Assembly (NCBI GenBank): GCA_964016885.1
Contig: OZ024740.1
Location: forward strand, 331,576,001 to 331,640,000
Reading direction: 5' to 3'
DNA: 64,000 bases
From: Eledone cirrhosa
Taxonomy: Eukaryota
The notes under the pieces were generated by a model that made no database searches, was not told the origin of the DNA, and saw only the letters and a program-made list of their open reading frames with translations. Both the position numbers and the translations under genes were made by a program. Positions 39,624 through 52,300 of this stretch are shown here, one piece after another (the stretch's first letter is position 1; each line of letters opens with the position of its first letter).

Positions 39624-41194
39624 TATATACATCCATACACATATAAAGAGACTCAGTCATACGGGCTTTTTGAAAATATATACATATATATATATTCACT
39701 ATCATTATGCATCAGTAATTTTGTGTAGAAATGGGCTATTTACACGCTCCATTTCTTCTTCTGAATTTCTTCTAATGCATTTTGCTCCTTTGAATTACTG
39801 ATATTATGCAAACCTCTTCGCATTTTATGTTATCCGCCGCCTTCTGCTTTTATCATTTTCCTGTTTATCTATCCAATTAGTTGGTTGTCATGCAACATTT
39901 ACATCCCAAAAGAGAGATTTTCAGGATTTCCTCCATTTAGAAATATATCCAATGGGAAATTTGAGTGCATTGCCCTCATTTATCTGCATGATACAGCAAA
40001 AGCAACGGATCGTTTGTAACCAATAATGTAAAATACAATCAGAGCTTATATAAAATGCCTCACAGTAGCGAAATACACATTATACATTTTCAGTTTATGA
40101 TGACATGCCGTATAGATTGTACACTTGTTTTTCATAATTATCAAACAACCATGTTACGCTTATTAATTTCCTTTGTGAAATCTACTAAATTCCTTTTAGT
40201 TCATTTCTATTCGATGAAAAATATGTAAATAATTTCAGAACATGGAAGATTTTATGAATTGTATATATGTCTGACCTTATTTCTTTCATCGAAAATATTG
40301 TCATTATATATGTGTCAGTGTGTGTACATGTGTGTGCATGCATGTGTTTGTCTCTGTCAGTGTGTCAGAGATAGCTTTCACGATTTCCCGTTAATATCAC
40401 CTGAAACGAAAACAGAAAACGGAAACCTGCCATTATATTGGTAGAATAAATAAAACAAGCTGGCAAAAGAAAAAATTAAGAAGACAAAAGAAAAACAGAA
40501 AATCGCATTGACGGTTTCGACATATTATGCTGGACAAACTTCCAAACATTTCGTCAGATTTTCTTTGCATTTGAAAAGAAGTGAAAAACTATTCATGTAT
40601 TCAACGACACCAGCACCACCTTCACCATCAACTACTGCTGCTGCTACTACTACTACTACTACTACTACTACGACAACTTTACTACAACAACTCCGATTAC
40701 TACTACTAATAATTATGATGATAATGTAATAAATGAATATAAGTAAATAAATAAATGGTATAAAAAATTCAAGAATCATCGTTATAAATAGGAACGTCCA
40801 TTTACATTGAAGCATAAATTATACTATGTCTTGAGGAAATTTGCATTGATGCTTCTAGTATGTCATATTCTAAAACGACAGATTTAGAACATCATATTTA
40901 CAGCGAGGTTGAAAAAAAATGTGTGAAATAAGCATAGAGATAATGCAAGAGAGAAAAAGGGAAAATAAATGTTACAGTGAGAACGGTAAAAATAAACAAT
41001 TATACGGAGCTGCACACACTCACACACACACAAACACACACACACGCACACGCACACACACACACACACACATACACACACACACATACACTCACACACA
41101 CGCACAGACACACTTAGACAAACACAGATACACACTCACGTACACACGTAGACACCTCACCGTATAAATAAATACACACACACATATATATATT

Positions 41195-41317
<123 letters not shown>

Positions 41318-42418
41318 TCTGTGTGTGTGTGTGTAGACATATACTGATAGTTTACGGTACTAGGACCGTGAAGGCCACACAAACCAAAGAAGTGCATAGC
41401 CAGAATCGGTATATTAGTGGAAGATTACGTCTAGACGATATAACCAAGCCGAAACCATTTATCTCCAGGTAGATCATCTACATCCACTAATATATATATA
41501 TATCAAGTAAGAATATTTTCGAAACAGCGAGCGAGTTTGAAATTATAAATGTAAGCTATCGCCGTATTTTGACTAAAGAAATTAAAGAAAATTATTTAGC
41601 CTGATAGTGGGGTTAGGAACCCTAGGAGAAATGGAAAAGGATGAGTATTGACGTACATGTACGTCAATACGCATCCTTTATATATATTTTATTATTGCTA
41701 ATGTGTAAAGAACGTGTTCTTTATTCCGCCCCCGCCCCCTAATAATTTCAATGGAATACATTTTTTAACACGATATCTTACTTTCTTCTTACATGTTTGC
41801 CTTTATTTTCCTTTTTATTTATTTCCCTCTTATTATCACGAGTCTACGTTGCTATAAAAAGCCCAATGCCTTCTCCTAAGTCATCACTTCAAATTCTGTG
41901 TGGACTGATTATGGCATAAATGGATAAACATATTTGGTCCGTCTTGTCTGTTACTCCATGGGTAGCGCTTTGTGTAGACCAGCAGTAACATCGGTAGGGT
42001 TTGAAACTGCCAGAGAGAAAATACCGAAGCTTTAAACCGTTCTGCGTCTTTCACATGCTTTTTTTTTTCTTTCACATGTTTTTTTAATTCTTTTCCAAAC
42101 CTTTTGTCAAGGTTTTCCCAGCAAAACATGTCTTTTGTTTTGCCCTGTTTTCGATCATTCTGCTCACTTTGTTTATTTTCCAATACATATAATTACCAAA
42201 TTCTATACTGTGGTAATTATTTGCCGATTCAATTAAAATATAAAACATGGAAAATAAAGAAAAGTTTTCAATCGTCAAGACAAACCAATGTAAATCAATT
42301 TTCCTTCACCATGTATAGCTACAGGTAGAAACGTGACTATTTTCTGAAGTCAGTAAGAATCTTAATCTTCTATTAAAAATGTTCAATATTCACAAAGCTT
42401 CTTATATTATTATGCCAA

Positions 42419-42611
42419 GGGCGGTGGATTGGCAGTATCGGTAAGAGTCGGACACCATGCTTCGAAGCATAGAATTACCTTCCTTTATGATATGAGTTCA
42501 AATCCTGCCGAGGTTAACTTTGCTTTCACCCTTACGGGGTAGATAAAATAAAGTGCCAGTAATGCACTGGGATAATTGCTGGCCTTGTGCCAAAAGTAAA
42601 AACAATTATTA
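42419..42611 (+). mobile_element. Full-length tRNA-derived SINE (octopus-type)
   Basis: ggcggtggattggcagtatcggt..gagttcaaatcctgccgaggttaac..gctggccttgtgccaaaag; attattatg on both flanks as likely TSD. Confidence 0.85.
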
Positions 42612-43500
42612 TGTCAGTGAAGCACCAACAAATTTGTGAATATTTCTTTATATATGAAACAAATACTGAGGCATTAATCTAACGCTCTAATTACCCTGAT
42701 ACTCTGCTGCTTTATGTACAACATAAGATGGGAAGAAGTCTGTTAATACGACAAGTACAAGCTTTGAGCAAAGAACTTATACGTAGAGTAATTTATGAAG
42801 TTTGTTTTTCGTAAACAAGACCTGAACTAACGCGATCTTTTCGAAATGTGATGTCTTCGTGTCTCTCTACGCGACCGAAGCTCAAACAACATCCGAGAAT
42901 AATGTCAGTAGCAGCCGACAATTGAAGACATAATCCGGCAATTCAGGCTACAGTAATTTGGCCATGCCTTCAGGATGAGCTCCGGTAGGCTACCATACCA
43001 ACTTTGACCATGCCATGGATAGAAAAACGTTGAAGAACCTCATCATCGTATTTCATCATCCAGCAGCACCTTCCACATCGTATTGGTTGAGAGGGCAGCC
43101 TCGCCCAATCGCCAGCTACGGATCGAAGAAAAAGGAAAATATCTTTTAACGTAGGTGTGTGTAATTGCTGGAAATAAGTCAAAGAAAGCAAAAGGCAGAG
43201 AAATAAATGGAAGTAGGCCAAAGTTGATCAGAGACGATATTGGTGTCAATGAAAAAAATAATATCAGCAACAACAAAAAACATAAAACAAATGGATGTTT
43301 GTGCGATAAACGAACTCTAAAAAATATATAAATATTTATACACACAGACAGACACACACACACACACAAACACACAAACACACACAGAAACGGGGTGGGG
43401 GTTAAAAAGTGAGAAGAAAATAAAGAATAAATGAAAAAAAAAGAGAATGAAAGAAGGATCGAACTCCGTCGGCTTCGAATATGAATTTTTCAGTTTTTCA

Positions 43501-44210
43501 ATCAACAATTGCCTTTCATTTATACATCGATTATCCAATTACCATTCAGTTGTATGTTCGTATGTGAGTCGATGAATGTATTTCTAAGTGTACCTACAAC
43601 CATGCCCTGTTCATAAAATGAGACGTGTCAGTGGCTGAGGTTTGACCTGATGCAAGATGAAAAAACCAGCGGCAATTGCAGCTGGACATTTAACTCCCAA
43701 TGGCTTACTGTAACACTGCTCAATGCTAAATGAAATCAATTGAAACCAGGTACAAACATGTGGGCATAAGCAATCACCTTTTCTATTTCTTACATTCCTT
43801 TCTCTCTCTCCATCTCTCTTCTCTTACTTAATACGAAACAAACGCGCGTACTTTTATCTCAGTGACGTTATTTAATACAGAAAACAGATATACGCTTAAG
43901 TCCATAGAAAAGTTCTTATCATTTCTGTGAGTGTAAATGACTACCATATTTTATACTTTAAGCCATTTTTAAATTTGATTAACATAATCTTGTCTACACA
44001 TTCGAGAAAATATCTCTGCAAAATATGAATTATTAAGAAAATCATGAGGAAGCAAATTTTGCCTTTTTTTTTCTATTCAGTTTCCTCTATCTATGCAAGT
44101 TTTTATCCGTCTACCAATCTCCCTCTCAATCTATCGATATGCATATATCATCCTATATATGTATATCTATCGAATCAACTGTTTCTTCTTCTCTCCCATA
44201 TGTATTTCAT

Positions 44211-44246
<36 letters not shown>

Positions 44247-44607
44247 TCCCTCTCTCTCTCTCTCTCTTTCCCTTCCTGCACCTCTCTCTCTCACTCCTCC
44301 CCTCGCTTGATCATTTTTGCTATATAGGATTTCGAGCAGTTTTGATTTTACCAATAATATCTTCTGAAACATTTTCCTTCTTGATGACTGTGCATTATCT
44401 CATATGTAATTAGCATGCATCTCTTAGGACTTTCTTTCTCTCACTTTCACTCATGAAAAAATTTAGTGAACCAATTAGTTGACTTTTCATGAACAGTGGT
44501 GTGTATCAACAATTGCCTTTGATTTATACATGTATTATCCAATTACCATTCAGCTGTATGTTCGTATATGTGAGTCGATGAATGTATTTCTAAGTGTACC
44601 TACAACA
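43501..44607 (+). repeat. Dispersed direct repeat of about 100 bp (43501-43600 and 44506-44607)
   Basis: atcaacaattgccttt..gtgtacctacaac occurs twice, near-identical. Confidence 0.85.
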
Positions 44608-45885
44608 ATCCCTGTATAATTGATGTTAATATGTTACATATTGCGTATGCCATTAATGTCTACGGAAATATTTGTTGTGCCTCATGCGAATGATTAAACT
44701 GTGTATATATTATTTTTGCATGTGTTTGTTATGGATTTGTTATGTCTCAGAAATAATGCATGTTCGTAGCTTTTTATCGGATGCATCCATGCGTGCTCGC
44801 ATATACGTATGGGGGAGGAGAATGCTTAATATGCATAAATAATATGGAGTTATCTAAATGAGTTGGAGACTCCGTAACAGATAAATGTAAAAGAAAAATT
44901 GTTTTAAAGAAAATGAGTAGAAATAATATGGTAATTTATAAATCTACGTCTATGGGAATTCTGATACATAAAAGAGAATAGAGCAGGAAAAAATACATTG
45001 AATATAGAAAAATATGTACATCTCTGAATAAGATCATATATGTTGGTTCGTTGTAAAAAAAAAAAAGCACTGGGTTGTAATAGATGAATGGCTTAGTGTA
45101 AGTGATAGGAGGTGAGATAGAAACGTCAACAAGGAAAAATGATGTTTAACATTAGCGTTTATATGGATGTGAATATGGTTTATAATGAGACTGGAGAAGG
45201 TTATAATTCCCAGCTGCGACTGCACAGAATCAGATATTTTGTGTGTGTAAACATGCTACCACAAGGGAGAAGAATGGGAATATGCATTAAAATCAGAATT
45301 ATAGATTTATGAAGACGTTATTGAAGCATCTATCATATGTATAATTCATACATCGATAAGTGAGCTGGAGTGTAACGCAATTGTAAGTTAACTATGAATC
45401 TTCTTTAGTCTTATTTCGATTCTCGGTTCGATCGCGCTCAATTTTGCATATTTAGTGATATTTCTTTTACGAGAGGCATTGCAGATAGCGATTTTTTTTT
45501 TTATTCCTAAAGCAGTGCCATCGCTGTTTCGTCTTCTGTAAAAGAAACATTAACGCAAAAAATGTTTAGCTCTTTCATATTTCAAATAATTATTTGAGAC
45601 TATTTATGAGAGATTATAGTCATGCCTAGCACAAAGAGCATCTATGATGATTGCAATGTTCAGTACATTTTGCTACTTGAATGCTGGCATTGCAGTTTCG
45701 TAATTATATAAACCATTACAGGCGTAATCGCGATCTCAGCATATTTTATTAAAGCTACGAATACACAAGATCAAGAAACGTGGTGTAGAGACAGTATAAC
45801 CTAAAAGATCAACCGAATCATTATTTTTGTCTCTAGTTCGGGAAAATTTACGTTCGAACACATAAAGGAATAGCTTTCCTTTTTC

Positions 45886-45959
<74 letters not shown>

Positions 45960-46529
45960 ACTATCTATCTCTCTGTCCGATAAACTTTTTTGTCTATCTA
46001 TTTACCTCTATATATCTGTGAATGATATGTATTTACCCTCGATTGACACCTTTCATTGGATACATTAACTTCTAGAATTACATCAAACGTTTAGGGTCAA
46101 GTCTTTTAATATTTTTAGAATGTTTTAGAAATTAATTTCGGTCAAGTGACAGCAGATTATAAAATAAAATGAAAATGTATACCACGAAGAATTTTTGCCA
46201 GACAATCCCACCAACAATTTCCTTCTCTAATATTTCTGTTCAGGAAAGAAACGTATTGCATGTTCTTTGAAACCATATTATGCTTTGAAAGGTTATATAT
46301 ATATCTAGGCAAACATACATTAATGCTTAGGCAAAACGAATCCACGAACCGTATATTATTTTTAGTGTAATTAAGGTTGAATTTATGATTATATTTCAAA
46401 ATATAGTGTAAAAAGGCAATTATTTCTACGTAGTTTTCCTTACTATTCTTTTCTAAACTATTCTCTTTGGCTTTCAGATGTTCCCACGTACGTTTGTATG
46501 GAAGCGTATCTCCGTTTGGGCGGAGTATA

Positions 46530-46630
46530 TCTACTATATGTCTGTGTGTGTAAAGTATTATAACTTGCGTATTGTTAACACGATCTCGCTAAAATTTTAC
46601 ACATTGCCAAAGGAGGATACGAGACGTGTC
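46530..46630 (+). mobile_element. Helitron 5'-end fragment related to the 49400 element
   Basis: a|TCTACTATAT start; 46540-46628 similar to 49403-49491. Confidence 0.6.
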
Positions 46631-47140
46631 AATAAAAACTATTTATTGCATAATTGTTTCTTTGAAAGTGATAATCGCCATTTTGCTAATCCTTGTGTGA
46701 CTTTGCGTTAAAAAATCTCCATTAGAACTGCCGTAAGCAGGAACGCGGTTGAGAAAGAGAAGGAAGTAGAAAGTACAGAGTAGAAGAGAGAGAGGGACAG
46801 AAAAAGAAAGAGAGGGAATGTCTATAGGAGGGTAACAGCGACAGAAAGAAAGAGTTAAAGAAAAAAGGCGAAGAGAGAGAGAGAGAGAGAGAGAGAGAAG
46901 GCTGTGTGAGAGAAGGGACTGGCAAAAAGAGAGAGAAAGAAGAGGCTGTGTGAGAGGGGAAAGAAAGAGAGAATGAGACAGTAAGTAACCACATGTTGTG
47001 AGAAGAGAAGCAGACGACAATATGAAATATTGAAAACGATATTAGAAAAATATTTTTGTAAATATGACAATATTTTATATATGCACGCATGCCTAGATAA
47101 ATACATACATATGTTTACAGGTATATATATATATATATAT

Positions 47141-47484
47141 AATATAAACAGTCTTATAAATAAATAGATACGACATACCTTTCAATCACCTTGCATTTGG
47201 GAGGTTGAGTTGCCAAATCAACCTTCCAAATGCAAGGTGATTGAAAGGTATGTCGTATCTATTTATTTATTTATAAGACTGTTTATATTGTATTTTGTCT
47301 GAAGAAGGCATAACATATTGTTAATATGATATCCCTGAAATATATATAACGAAATAAATATGGTTTTATAAATATAGTTTCCATTTATTTAATATCATAA
47401 ATATACTCCAAATACTTGTTGAGTGCTTTTATATCAGTTATAAATATTTACTCGTTGTTAACCCAACAATTTAAATATAACTTT

Positions 47485-47487
<3 letters not shown>
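47141..47487 (+). mobile_element. Fold-back, hammerhead-bearing element in (TA)n (family A; also 58866-59152, 59225-59650, 61470-61810, 62190-62300)
   Basis: Arms 47141-47208 and 47218-47289; hammerhead 47291-47356; shared tail ..caacaatttaaata(t/g)aactt. Confidence 0.82.
47291..47356 (+). ncRNA. Type I hammerhead (family A)
   Basis: tattttgt CTGAAGA aggcataacatatt-gtt-aatatgatatccct GAAA tatat ATA acgaaata. Confidence 0.78.
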
Positions 47488-47553
<66 letters not shown>

Positions 47554-47559
<6 letters not shown>

Positions 47560-47606
47560 CCTGATGATTTCTAAAGAATGAAACAGTTCTAGTCCTGTAG
47601 AATCTC
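47554..47606 (+). ncRNA. Type I hammerhead ribozyme motif, predicted cleavage after GUA (47599)
   Basis: gagattc CTGATGA t-ttc-taaa-gaa-t GAAA cag-ttctagtc-ctG TA gaatctc; perfect 7-bp stem I. Confidence 0.82.
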
Positions 47607-47613
47607 ATCTATA

Positions 47614-47662
<49 letters not shown>

Positions 47663-47668
<6 letters not shown>

Positions 47669-48360
47669 CATTATGAAGAGAGAAGAAACATTAAATATAA
47701 TTAGTAATAAAATATATCATACCTAAGCTGCTTCTATAGTCCTCGACTACGTAGTTTCGTGGCATATTATGCAAAAACACTACGTCATAGAGGATATAGA
47801 GGTTTTGTGAGGTTCTGCCGACTTATCAAGAGAATACCTCATTAAGGGTTTCAAAACACGTCTGTGATGCACGAGATAGAATCTCGAAAAGGCGGAGGAG
47901 GAGTCAATCACGTGATACAGCGGGCTACGGCTTTGATATAAATACCCCTCCGCCTCCGTGGTATTTTTTTCAGGGTTATAAGGGGCTTAGCTCTGTTTCT
48001 TGACCGCTGTATCACGTGATTGACTCCCCCTCCGCCTTTTCGAGATTTTATCTCGTGCATCACAGACGCGTTTTGAAACCTTTAATGAGATATCCTCTTG
48101 ATAAGTCGGCAGAACCTCACAAAAACTCTATATCTCTATGATGTAGTGTTTTTGCATAATATGCCACGAAACTACATACTCGGGGACTATAGAAGCAGCT
48201 TAGGTATGATATATGTTATTACTAATTATATCTAATGTTTCTTCTCTCTTCATAATGTATTATATAGCTCTGATACTGAATCAGTATAATCCATTCGGAT
48301 TGGTTTGACCCAGTTATTCATAGAGCAACATCGGTTGAGATTGGTACCACTAACTCAGGG
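47663..48360 (+). mobile_element. Long fold-back element (about 260-bp arms, 47663-~47925 and ~48003-48265) plus tail, flanked by TA
   Basis: Arms are near-perfect reverse complements; each has a GAAAC-tacgta-GTC-like hammerhead 3' half with degenerate 5' core. Confidence 0.85.
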
Positions 48361-48413
48361 ATATATGTGGATATATTCATGTGTATGTACGTGTCCGCGT
48401 GTATCTGTGTGTT

Positions 48414-48473
<60 letters not shown>

Positions 48474-48527
48474 CATTATATATATATATATACATACATG
48501 CCTAGAAAAATGCATACATATGTTTAC

Positions 48528-48603
<76 letters not shown>

Positions 48604-48638
48604 GGATAGAGAGAGAGAGAGAGGGAGAGAGAGAGAGA

Positions 48639-48691
48639 GAGATTCCTGATGATTTCTAAAGAATGAAACAGTTCTAGTCCTGTAGAATCTC
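48639..48691 (+). ncRNA. Identical second copy of the 47554 hammerhead
   Basis: Same sequence, again directly following a (GA)n tract. Confidence 0.82.
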
Positions 48692-49038
48692 ATCTATATT
48701 AAAATATATATAGGAACGAGTAGGACCCCGACGGCTAATTCTGCGTCCAGAATTAGCCGTCGAAACGGCTTGAGCTGAGCCGTCGGTGTCGTACTCGTTC
48801 CTATTACCCACTCCACTACTCTAAGTATTGAGTACTTTGGTGCGTTATGGTCCACCTGGTTCCTTACCACTTTTCTTCCGTTAAAATATATATTCTGAGT
48901 CCAGAATTAGCCGTCGAAACGGCTTGAGCTCAGCCGTCGGGGTCCTACTCGATCCTATTACCCACTCTACTACCCTAAGTATTGAGTACTTTGGTGCGTT
49001 ATGGTCCACCTGGTTCCTTACCACATTTCTTCCGTTTA

Positions 49039-49086
<48 letters not shown>

Positions 49087-49093
49087 TATATAT

Positions 49094-49188
<95 letters not shown>

Positions 49189-49399
49189 TATATATATATA
49201 TACATACATGCATAGATAAATACATACATATGTTTACAGGTATATTTATATATATATATATCGCCATTTTTCTAATCCTTATGGGACTTTGCATTCAAAA
49301 TCTTCATTAGAAGTCCTATAAACAGCAACCAGGCAAATTTCTTTGATTTGATTTCTTTAAGATGCATTCAATAACAGATTTTGGATGAGATTCAGTCCC

Positions 49400-52300
49400 G
49401 TTCTGTATGTGTGTGTAAAGTATTATAACTTGGGTATTATTCACCCGATCTCTTAAAATTATACACATTGCTAAAGGAGGATGCGGAGATGTTTTTTATA
49501 AAAGAAACATAACACTTTAGATGACGCTGTATATTGTGTATTACAAGACTCTTTTATTAATTAGCACTGATGAACTGTAATACTTCTAGAACATACAAGG
49601 TAGACAAGTATCGTACGTACTCAGTAATTTGATTGCCGATGTCACGAAATATAGTTGCTGTAAGCGACAATTACTTAACGACATATACATAACATTTACA
49701 GCATTGTGTTACACAATTTCTTCTCGGTGATCAGTCAGTTTGTAATGATATTTTCTTTATAGCTCATTGAACATTTGCAGTAGGTTCTGTAGTATATCAG
49801 TCTCTGGTTGACAGTTAATGATTTGTTTCAGATTTATTCAATTACAGATTTCCCATAGAATGCCTCGAAAAAGCAAGAGTCACGTTGGAAGAAAAACAAG
49901 AAATGCTTTTGCTTTGCGTTCTTTGCGCGCAAGCGAGGCAGAAGAACAATGTATGCTACGGCGTGCTCGCAATCCAGCTTCTACTTCGATCGCCAGAGCA
50001 TTACAGACAACCGAACAAGCAGAACTCTGGGTCGCTCGCAATGCTACTTCTATTTCGAAGGCCAGAGCATTACAGACTGCTGAACAAGCAGAACTCTGGC
50101 TTGCTTGCGATGCTGCTTCTACTTCAAATAGCCGTGCTTTAGAGACTGTTGACCAAAGGGCAACAAGGCTTGCGGCTGATTCTCAACGGAAAATGCGTTC
50201 TCATGTCTTTCCGAGGGTTTCTTCCTGTTATTGATCTAAGAAGGATTTTCATTACAGCCTCCAAGAGGACTACGCATCGCACCCACATATCATCATTGGT
50301 AGCATGTAAACTGTTTGCGTGTATTGTAATGCAATGAGGTGGCCAGCAGAATCTACCGGTATATGCTGCTCCAATAGAACGGTTAGATTGCCTCATTTAC
50401 AAGTCGGTGCCGAACCTTTGAATTCTCTGCTGCTTGGAGACCACCCTGATTCTAAACACTTTCTTAGAAATATAAGAGCCTACAATTCGGCTTTCCAAAT
50501 GACAAGCTTTGGTCATACACCAATGAAACATGGAAATGATATGCCCACATCCAAAGTGCAACGCCAAATTTACCATCAAATTGGCTCCCTTATTCCACAA
50601 GATGGAGATGAACACAGTTTTATTCAGATTTACCTTATGGGGAACGGACCTGAAGAAACTGCACGAAGAGCTTCAGTTGCTAAAGGAACAATACCTTTTC
50701 TTCTAAAGCCCCTTGAATATATTCTGCATACCATAAACCCCTACGCCACCATTTTCAAAACTGCTTTTCAGCGTAGATATGCTAACACCAATCAATTCAA
50801 GGTTGTCATTCGAGGTGACCGCACTCCACCAGGGCAGCATCAGGGTTGCTTTAACAGATCCCAAACCGATGAAGTTGCGGTGCTTATAACAAGTTCTAAT
50901 AGGAGTGCTTCAAACCGTGATATTGTTCTTGAATGGCAGAACTCGTGTCTTCAAAAAATAAATGAACTTCATCCTGCATATGATGCCCTCCAATATCCAT
51001 TACTGTTCCCCTTTGGCGACGTTGGTTACCGCATTGACTTGCCAAAGTGTAATCCGATAACTTTAATGCATCTTCAACCACGGAAAACCATTTCACAAAT
51101 GGAATTTTATGCATTTAGGCTTAAGGTTCGCAAAAACGACATCAACATTCTGCATAGAACACGGATACTCCTCAATCAATACAGTGTAGACGTATTTGCT
51201 AAGGTCACTATTTCTTATTTTATGATTTTGTTCAGAAAATTTCCTTAGCCAGTTCACTCAATATTTACCACAACAATTTATTCCTTTTCCAGATTGACAC
51301 TGAACGCCGCCATTGAATAAGACACCATCAAAGGAACTGCGTTCAGAAGAATACGGCGATCTACGTGACGAAGTCAATCGAAATGATCAGGTTATTGCTT
51401 CGGATGTTGGGCTTTCTGTCATTCTCCCATCGTCATACACTGGAGGCTCCCGTTACTTGCATGAACAAATGTAGGATACTCTCACCTATGTCCGCCATTG
51501 TGGCCGTCATGATCTTTTCATCAACTTCACATACAATTCAAAATCGTTTGACATCCAGTCTCACTTACTTCATGGCCAAAATCTTTCACACAGGCATGAT
51601 ATCACATCTAGAGTGCTTCACCTAAAACTTATGAAAATGATGGATGTTATAAAATACGGACAACTTTTTCGACCAGTAAGGTGTTTCATGTACACCGTAG
51701 AATGGCAGAAGAGAGGACTCCCACATCCCCATATCCTCCTTTGGCTTCAAAAAAAGCTCATGTCAACTGGTGTTGATTCCGTTATAAGTGCTGAATTGCC
51801 AAATCCCCAAGAAGCCCCTGTCTTTTTTCAAATTATAAAAGCCAACATGATCCATGGATCGTGAGGGCAACTATAACAATGGTTGGTGGTCAAGATTTCA
51901 ATATCGAGAACCGATGTGTTGTACCACATAACAAGGTGCTTTGTAAAATGTTTTCAGCCCACATTAATGTTGAATTCTGCAGCTCCGTAAAATCAATCCA
52001 ATAGATCTGCAAGTATGTTCATAAGGGAGCCGATCGAGCAGTTATTGAGTTGGCTAAGATCGATAACCCTGATGCCGCCACAGATGAAGTAACGTGTTTC
52101 CAAACTGGACGCTACATCTCTTCTAACAAGGCATTTTGGCGCATATTCGGTTTTCCGATCCATGAACGTGAACCTGCAGTTATTCACCTCAGGAGAATGG
52201 TCAACGAGAGTATTTTAACCAAGAAAATATGCATGACTGTGCAAGACAACCTTGAAGAACGACCCTTACCGGATTCTTTGAACTTTGTACTTCTGACTCT

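Noticed and set aside
42840-43140. GC-richer stretch as candidate exon
   Set aside because: No convincing frame or splice pair; may be a decayed repeat
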